Below are positions 57,472 through 63,371 of a stretch of 63,371 nucleotides of DNA, in pieces. The notes under the pieces were generated by a model. The model searched no databases and had not been told where the DNA came from. It saw only the letters and a list, made by a program, of their open reading frames with translations. The stretch's first letter is position 1. Each line of letters starts with the position of its first letter. A program made the position numbers and the translations under genes. Source of the stretch: Vulcanimicrobiaceae bacterium (GTDB taxonomy: Bacteria > Vulcanimicrobiota > Vulcanimicrobiia > Vulcanimicrobiales > Vulcanimicrobiaceae); NCBI GenBank assembly GCA_035294905.1, contig DATGJX010000159.1:1-63371 (forward strand), given 5' to 3'.

Positions 57472-58230
57472 TTAGAGCGGTCTTGCAGCGGGTCTCGGGA
57501 CGGTCACATCGCGCGCTCCGGCGTGTACAAGAAAATCTGCGACGATCCATGCGGCTGCAGCAAGCGCGAAAGTCTCCAGGCCTTCGCTCCAGTTCCCGAG
57601 TTGGCCGGGCTGCGCAATCATCAGCGGTATCCAAATCGTTACGCCGAAAATCAGCAGCATAAGCGCGAGAAGCTGCGAAGCGAGAAACGCTTTGTAGCGA
57701 ACGATGAGCGACACACCGGCGAGAGCAAACGCGATCGTCGTCACAATGGTCCAAAACGAACCGCCGAATGGAATCCATTTTGGAACCAAGCTCACCGTAC
57801 GGGCAAAGAATTCCAATTGTTCGATTGCATACGAGATATTGCACAAACCGAACACGATGACCGCGGCATTCGCAGCTCTGGCCGCCTCAGGCGCTGACGG
57901 CGAGGCTTGGCCGTATGCAGCGACCGCGCCGACAACCAGACCCAGCGCGTAAAAGACATCGCCCCAGCTCGCATACACGCGTGGTTGTGCGAAGATCTCC
58001 GGCACGAACGTGCATGCAAAAAGCACGTACACTGCCGTCAAGAGTATTGCGCCTAGGCGAGCCGAACGCCCAAAGAGGATCGCAATGCCGCCCGCAATTT
58101 GGACGGCCGCCGTGACGTCGAGAAAGACGGCGCGACCGGGTAACGTCCAGGCCGAAACGAGCTGCACGTGGAGTGCGAGGCTTGCGATACCTAATGCCAG
58201 CGCCGCGGCACCGAAGAGATAACGGCCCAT
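57472..58230 (-). CDS. polytopic membrane protein, DoxX-like
   Basis: About 8 hydrophobic helices. The DoxX-like assignment is by general resemblance only. Confidence 0.5.
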   Translation of the reverse strand: MGRYLFGAAALALGIASLALHVQLVSAWTLPGRAVFLDVTAAVQIAGGIAILFGRSARLGAILLTAVYVLFACTFVPEIFAQPRVYASWGDVFYALGLVVGAVAAYGQASPSAPEAARAANAAVIVFGLCNISYAIEQLEFFARTVSLVPKWIPFGGSFWTIVTTIAFALAGVSLIVRYKAFLASQLLALMLLIFGVTIWIPLMIAQPGQLGNWSEGLETFALAAAAWIVADFLVHAGARDVTVPRPAARPL

Positions 58231-58370
58231 GGTTTATAAACGCTCCTTTGAGCGGCGCGTGACGGCAGCCTGCCGGCGGAGGCGCGCACAACGGCGTCGC
58301 AGTCACACCGCCGCTATGTGCCTTGTTATAAGCAAGTGTGATTGGCTAAAACCAGAGCTGGAGCGACCGT

Positions 58371-59099
58371 ATGAATCGACTCGTACTTTTGCGCTTTGCC
58401 CTTCCGGCAATCGCCTTGGCATCTATTGCCGTCTTCGTCTTGCCGGCGCGCGGACAGCGCCACGTTGGGACCTACCCGAAGATGGCGCCGCTCGCGCAGT
58501 ACTTGATGGACAGGAACGCCGAGATCGCGCTGGCTCGAAGCGCTGCACCGGCGTCGATTTCGAGGGCTGCACGCGTATTGGTCTTGACCCCGTCCGGTTA
58601 CGTAACGGCGGCGAACGGCAGCAACGGCTTCACGTGCCTGGTCGACCGTAGCTGGATGTCCGCGTTCGACGATTCCCAATTCTGGAATCCCAAAGGCCGA
58701 GGCGCCGTCTGCTACAATCCGCCCGCGTCCAGAACGGTGCTCCGTTACGAATACGTGCGCACGAAAATGGTTCTATCCGGGCTTTCTAAATCCCAAATGT
58801 ACGCGCGTCTCGAGGCAATTGCCGCGAAGAACGGACTGCCTACGCCGGAACCGGGCTCCATGTCGTACATGATGTCGAAGCATCAATATCTGAACGACAG
58901 CGTCGGCAATTGGTATCCGCACCTCATGTTTCACGAACCGCAAGCGGTCGGCGCGAACGCGGGCGCAATGTGGGGAGCAAACTTGCCCGCATCACCCGTG
59001 GTAATGGATAGCGCGCACAAACTGTGGCCCGAACCGCAGACCGTTTTCTTCGTGCCGCTGAGCAAGTGGTCGGACGGTACTCCAGGCCCTCCGTTGTAG
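58371..59099 (+). CDS. secreted hypothetical protein
   Basis: Signal peptide MNRLVLLRFALPAIALASIAVFVLPARG. No motif recognised. Confidence 0.6.
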   Translation: MNRLVLLRFALPAIALASIAVFVLPARGQRHVGTYPKMAPLAQYLMDRNAEIALARSAAPASISRAARVLVLTPSGYVTAANGSNGFTCLVDRSWMSAFDDSQFWNPKGRGAVCYNPPASRTVLRYEYVRTKMVLSGLSKSQMYARLEAIAAKNGLPTPEPGSMSYMMSKHQYLNDSVGNWYPHLMFHEPQAVGANAGAMWGANLPASPVVMDSAHKLWPEPQTVFFVPLSKWSDGTPGPPL

Positions 59100-59206
59100 C
59101 AGAACACCCTGCAGCCGGACGATTTTCGGACGGACGCACGACGCTGCCTCGCTAGCATAGGGCCATCGGCTGAATCTACCGCCGATGAAGTGAGGAGCTT
59201 ATTATT

Positions 59207-59575
59207 ATGAAGACCCTAGTATACGTGGCCGTTGCAGTCCTAAGTTTTGTCAGTCAGACGATTTCGGCCGGAGCAGTTACTCATGTCGCCATTGCCGGAG
59301 CGAGCCACGGATGTACCGCTCCCGCAAGCGTCGACGGAACTCCGTATTGGCGGATGCCCACCATCGCCGAAGATGAAGGTGCAAGCGGCATCGCGCAGGT
59401 GAAGATCGATCTCACGGCCGCCGGAGATTTGGCCGGCGCAACGATTTTCTCCAGCAGCGGCAATCCCGTTCTCGACCAGGCGGCGCTCGAGTCCGCGCGC
59501 ATGACGCGCTTTACGTCGGAAGTCGCGAATTGCAAGCACGTCGGCGGTTCGTACCTGTACCAAGTCGAATTCTGA
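59207..59575 (+). CDS. secreted stand-alone TonB C-terminal-like domain protein
   Basis: Signal peptide, then GIAQVKIDLTAAGDLAGATIFSSSGNPVLDQAALESARMTRF. GAGGAG Shine-Dalgarno. Confidence 0.65.
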   Translation: MKTLVYVAVAVLSFVSQTISAGAVTHVAIAGASHGCTAPASVDGTPYWRMPTIAEDEGASGIAQVKIDLTAAGDLAGATIFSSSGNPVLDQAALESARMTRFTSEVANCKHVGGSYLYQVEF

Positions 59576-59602
59576 TAAACCAAACGTTTCCGTCCAGCAG
59601 AA

Positions 59603-59630
59603 GAAAGCCCGGCGCATTGCCCGGGCTTTC
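59603..59630. terminator. bidirectional hairpin terminator between convergent genes
   Basis: gaaagcccgg / cgcattgc / ccgggctttc. Confidence 0.6.
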
Positions 59631-59633
59631 TGC

Positions 59634-59876
59634 TCAAGGGCGCCCGAGGAACCTCAAGTAAAAGGCTAGGAACACCAAGACGACGCCGACGTTTGCGATC
59701 AGCCGTTCCAAGAAGCGGTTTCTAAAGAATGCGACATCCACACCGACGATCACCGCCATCATCACCACCACATAAAGTGCTGCAGCTATCCGTGCGCTCA
59801 TCGGTGACGCCTTGTCCTCGAACCTCATCTGTTCCTCGTCGCCGGCCTTTTCATCATTTCTTAATCGCCGGCCCAT
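59634..59876 (-). CDS. small two-TM membrane protein
   Basis: ARIAAALYVVVMMAVIVGVDVAFF and LIANVGVVLVFLAFYLRFL. Start ambiguous (several in-frame Met codons). Confidence 0.5.
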   Translation of the reverse strand: MGRRLRNDEKAGDEEQMRFEDKASPMSARIAAALYVVVMMAVIVGVDVAFFRNRFLERLIANVGVVLVFLAFYLRFLGRP

Positions 59877-59923
59877 CTTGGAGCGGTATTGTCAACCTAT
59901 CTCGCTTTCGAGGAGTCGTTTTC

Positions 59924-60259
59924 ATGAAATTCATCGCTTTTGTAATAGCGCCGGCGGTTTTGTCGGCAATGCTCGCGGTGCCGGGGCAGGCCCTTGCGCA
60001 AAGCGCTCCGATGCCGAATTCGGCGATGTCGTGCGGTGGAGGCCACGGGACCGGGGTCAATCCGATGCGTGGCATCAAACTCACTCCGCAGCAGCGCTCG
60101 GAGATTCGGACGATCCGCGAACAATTCCGGGCTGCACATCCCTGCGGCAGTCATCCCAGCGCGCAAGCTCGCGCTGCGCTTCATCAGCAGATCCTCGGCG
60201 TACTCACGCCGGCGCAGCAGGCGCAGTACCAAGCGAATTTGAGCGCGGAAAAACCCTAG
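59924..60259 (+). CDS. periplasmic Spy/CpxP-family (LTxxQ) protein
   Basis: Signal peptide MKFIAFVIAPAVLSAMLAVPGQALA. Two LTxxQ motifs (KLTPQQRSEI, VLTPAQQAQY). GAGGAG Shine-Dalgarno before the ATG at 59924. Confidence 0.7.
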   Translation: MKFIAFVIAPAVLSAMLAVPGQALAQSAPMPNSAMSCGGGHGTGVNPMRGIKLTPQQRSEIRTIREQFRAAHPCGSHPSAQARAALHQQILGVLTPAQQAQYQANLSAEKP

Positions 60260-60338
60260 ACCCGCGAGGCCTGTTCGGGGAGCCGGAACACCGGCTCCGC
60301 CGGAACGGGTCAGTTCCGTTCAAGCCGCCGCCCTGAAG

Positions 60339-63300
60339 CTAGCGAATGAGTGGTTTCAAGGGCGCAATCGTGTTCGTCATAAACTGCCGGTACTCGCGCA
60401 TCGCGGCAGCGTAACGCGCATCGAACGCTTGCGCGAATCGCAGCGTCTCCGCAGTCGGCGGAGTCGGCGAGAAACGCAAACCCGCGGGCAGGTCTTCACG
60501 GAGCGACCCCGCTTCGAGCGCGAAATCTTCTCCGTTGCGGTAGTTTGCAGTGAATGCGGCAAAGACGTTTGCCCGCTCGCGTTCTGCCGCCGCAATCCGC
60601 GTTTGAAGTGCGGCGTTGCTCACTGACGACGCCAGCGCTTTCGCGAGTGTACGTTGCAGCGCGTCGAGATTGTTGAGAACTGTATCGATACTCGACGTAA
60701 TACCGACGTATTTCTCATTGAAGCGATATGCTTGCTCGTATTCGGTTTGAGTCCACGGCGCGAGCGGATCCGTTTTCACGACGAGGTGTTGCCTCGCGGT
60801 ATGGCCGCCGGTTGTGAGTGCAAGTGTATACGTCCCGGGCGGAACGGGCGGCCCCGAACGCACGCGGAACGGCGTTGCTGCACCGTTCCATTGCTCGGCC
60901 GGCGTCGCATTCATGTCCCAGACGAAGCGGTTGAGTCCCGCTTTGTTCGGAATTTCCTTACCGGAAATCGTTCGCAGCAGGCGTCCGGACCCGTCGTAGA
61001 TGCGCGCGAGAGGTGCGGAATTTGATGCGGATGATTGATAGAACGAAATGAGCGCTCCGGTGGGTGGATTTTGACCGGAGAACCGGCCGTACAAGCCCTG
61101 CTGATCCGAATGCGAGAACCACCGGTAGGCGGGGCGCGGCGCAAACAGCATGAAGCCGCGCTGTTGCGCTTGCGTGAGTTGTTCGAGTGGTGTAATGTCG
61201 TCGAGAATCCACACGCCGCGGCCATGCGTTGCGGCAACGAGATCGCGATCGGCGGGCGCAATGCGCAGATCGCGGAAACTGACCACCGAGATGTTATTGC
61301 GAAACGGTTTCCACTGTTTGCCGCCGTCGAACGTCACGTACAATCCGCGATCCGTACCGGCAAACACGAGGTGGGGATTCACGATGTCGGGACGCACGGT
61401 CCGCACGGAGTCATCGGAAGGCAAACCGTTCACGATCTTGTGCCACGTCTTGCCGTAATCCGCGGTAACGAAGAGATACGGAGCGTCGTCTCCCGAGCGA
61501 TGCCGATCGATTGCTGCGTAGGCAGTTCCGGCAGCGAGCGGCGAAGGCGCCACCGTTTCCACGCGTCCGAAGGAAAGTACGCCGGGCGGCGTCACGTTGC
61601 TCCAATGTTTTCCGTAATCGCGCGAGAGTTGTACCAACCCATCGTCGGTGCCGACCCACATCTCACCCTTCGCGATCGGCGAACCTTCGATGTCCAAAAT
61701 CGTATCCGAGTATTCGGTGCCGAAGACGTCTTTTGTGATAGGGCCGCCGGACGGCGCTTGATGCGCCTTCACGTTCAGCGTCAAGTCAGGACTGATCGGC
61801 GCCCAATGCTCGCCGCGATCCGTACTTTGAAAAACGACGTCGCCGCCGTACCACACGACATTCGGATTCCACGGCGCGAACGCAATCGGCGAATCCCAAT
61901 TGAAGCGATACAGCGCCAGGCGCGTGTCGAAACGCTGTGCGGACGTCGCTTCGTACGGAAAGATTGGACGCATCTCTTCGTTCCGGCGATCGTAGCGCGT
62001 CAGCCAGCCGTCTTCGGAATCCGCAAAAATGTAGCGCGGGTTCGACGGATCCGGAACGGACCACATTCCGTCGCCTCCGACCGTCACGTACCAGTCGCGT
62101 CCCGTGATACCATCGCTCGACCGTGAATTCGAAGGTCCGCAGTATGCCTGGTTGTCCTGCAACGCCGCGCACACCGTATACGGATTCTCCGTTGAAATAC
62201 CGACGTGATAGACCTGCTCTATCGGCAGATTCCGCGAGAACCAAAAACTCGCGCCTCGATCGAGCGAGAGCGCGAAGCCGCCGTCGTGTCCGACGATCAG
62301 CCGTTTGCCGTCGTTGGGATCTATCCAGATAGCATGCGTGTCGGCGTGCACTTCGTTGCCGAAGCGTTTGAACGTCTTGCCGCCGTCGGTGCTGAGCGCG
62401 AGATCCATGGACAGGGTATAGACGCGATTCTGATCTTCCGGATCGACGGCGAGATGCGAGAAGTAGAAGGGCCGCTGGTTGATGAGCGTGCCCGTGAACA
62501 TGCGGGACCAATGCGCGCCTGCGTCGTCCGAACGCCACAACACGCCTTGCCGCGATTGGATAAGCGCATACACGCGGTTCGGATTACTCGGCGCAATCGC
62601 AAGGCCGATCCGTCCGGTGATTCCGCTGGGCAATCCATTGCCTTGCAAACGCGTCCACGTGCGTCCGCCGTCCACCGATTTATAGAGGCCTCCGTTCGGC
62701 CCCCCGCTCGAAAAGGACCACGGCACGCGGCGGAATTCCCACATGCCCGTGTAGAGAACGTTCGGATCTTTCGGATCCATCGCGAGATCGCAGGCGCCGC
62801 TGTCCGAAGCGAGATAAAGCGTCTTCTTCCACGTCGCGCCGCCGTCGAAGGTCACGTAGATCCCGCGCTCGTTGCTATCGCGGAACACGCTGCCGAGCGC
62901 GGCAACGACGATGTGCTTGGAATCGGTGGGATCGATCGCTATTCCTGCAATATGCCGCGTTTGCTGCAATCCCATCATCCGCCACGTTTTGCCGCCGTCC
63001 AGGCTCTGATAGATGCCGTCGCCGGCGATGACGTCGTTGCGCGGATTCGACTCGCCCGTGCCGACCCACACGTTGTTCTCGTTTTGCGGATCGATGGCAA
63101 TCGCGCCGATGGACGCAACCGGTTCCTTGTCGAACACCGGCGTCCAGGTTTGCCCGCTGTTCTCGGATTTCCAAACGCCCGCGCCGGCAGTCCCGATGTA
63201 ATACAAGAACGGATCTTGCGGCGTGCCTGCAACCGCGGGGATGCGTCCGCCGGCGGTCGCGGGACCGATGGAGCGCCACTCCATCGACGAGTAGGGTGCT

Positions 63301-63362
63301 GCACTAGCCGGCAACGCAGCGAATAATGCAAACGCAAAAGCAATGGAAACCGTACGCTTCAT
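60339..63362 (-). CDS. secreted sortilin/VPS10-like BNR (Asp-box) repeat protein
   Basis: Signal peptide. At least 10 Asp-box motifs (SENSGQTW, SLDGGKTW, TFDGGATW, SVDGGRTW, STDRGEHW, TADYGKTW and others). Confidence 0.85.
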   Translation of the reverse strand: MKRTVSIAFAFALFAALPASAAPYSSMEWRSIGPATAGGRIPAVAGTPQDPFLYYIGTAGAGVWKSENSGQTWTPVFDKEPVASIGAIAIDPQNENNVWVGTGESNPRNDVIAGDGIYQSLDGGKTWRMMGLQQTRHIAGIAIDPTDSKHIVVAALGSVFRDSNERGIYVTFDGGATWKKTLYLASDSGACDLAMDPKDPNVLYTGMWEFRRVPWSFSSGGPNGGLYKSVDGGRTWTRLQGNGLPSGITGRIGLAIAPSNPNRVYALIQSRQGVLWRSDDAGAHWSRMFTGTLINQRPFYFSHLAVDPEDQNRVYTLSMDLALSTDGGKTFKRFGNEVHADTHAIWIDPNDGKRLIVGHDGGFALSLDRGASFWFSRNLPIEQVYHVGISTENPYTVCAALQDNQAYCGPSNSRSSDGITGRDWYVTVGGDGMWSVPDPSNPRYIFADSEDGWLTRYDRRNEEMRPIFPYEATSAQRFDTRLALYRFNWDSPIAFAPWNPNVVWYGGDVVFQSTDRGEHWAPISPDLTLNVKAHQAPSGGPITKDVFGTEYSDTILDIEGSPIAKGEMWVGTDDGLVQLSRDYGKHWSNVTPPGVLSFGRVETVAPSPLAAGTAYAAIDRHRSGDDAPYLFVTADYGKTWHKIVNGLPSDDSVRTVRPDIVNPHLVFAGTDRGLYVTFDGGKQWKPFRNNISVVSFRDLRIAPADRDLVAATHGRGVWILDDITPLEQLTQAQQRGFMLFAPRPAYRWFSHSDQQGLYGRFSGQNPPTGALISFYQSSASNSAPLARIYDGSGRLLRTISGKEIPNKAGLNRFVWDMNATPAEQWNGAATPFRVRSGPPVPPGTYTLALTTGGHTARQHLVVKTDPLAPWTQTEYEQAYRFNEKYVGITSSIDTVLNNLDALQRTLAKALASSVSNAALQTRIAAAERERANVFAAFTANYRNGEDFALEAGSLREDLPAGLRFSPTPPTAETLRFAQAFDARYAAAMREYRQFMTNTIAPLKPLIR

Positions 63363-63371
63363 GGTGGGATT

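Overview
High-GC, densely coding bacterial chromosomal segment, mostly housekeeping genes; the lineage cannot be assigned from sequence alone. Layout: (1) 0-5 kb: SprT-like protease (cut by the window edge), M1 aminopeptidase, fumC. (2) 5.1-17.1 kb: a hopanoid cluster, hpnI-hpnK on the minus strand facing polyprenyl synthase-fni-hpnC-hpnD-hpnE-shc-hpnH-hpnA-hpnG. (3) 17-26 kb: GAF-GGDEF-EAL protein, TSUP permease, efp, small secreted protein, plsY-der, miaB, and hicAB with a frameshifted hicA. (4) 26.3-36.1 kb: one tightly packed same-strand string, mutS-orf166-mutL-osmC-miaA-hfq-dapF-GNAT-radical SAM-NhaP. (5) 36-47 kb: two tandem paralogous beta-propeller lipoproteins, split trkA, tRNA-Pro(CGG), Clp_N protein, dedA, uvrC, holin-like protein, MCP. 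(6) 47.6-49.1 kb: a visibly AT-richer scar with tandem repeat boxes and a decayed, internally deleted IS3-family element. (7) 49.1-63.4 kb: three translationally coupled ORFs (53 aa Cys peptide, 47 aa, membrane hexapeptide-repeat protein), a LAL/LuxR regulator, secreted and membrane proteins (PDZ-TM-GAF pair, DoxX-like, TonB_C, Spy/CpxP-like) and a 1007-aa sortilin/BNR protein. No rRNA, CRISPR array, intact transposase or recognisable defence system was seen. The most unusual signals are: (a) a duplicate of the polyprenyl synthase 3' end that differs only at silent sites, flanking a repeat insertion and leaving fni without a canonical start; (b) a dispersed GTCATCCTGAG repeat family with one copy embedded in frame in hpnA; (c) an uncharacterised acidic 166-aa ORF coupled between mutS and mutL; (d) the three-ORF small-peptide/hexapeptide-repeat module next to the IS scar; (e) several genes whose conserved N-termini lie upstream of any ATG/GTG/TTG. 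All functional calls rest on motifs read by eye; no database search was run.
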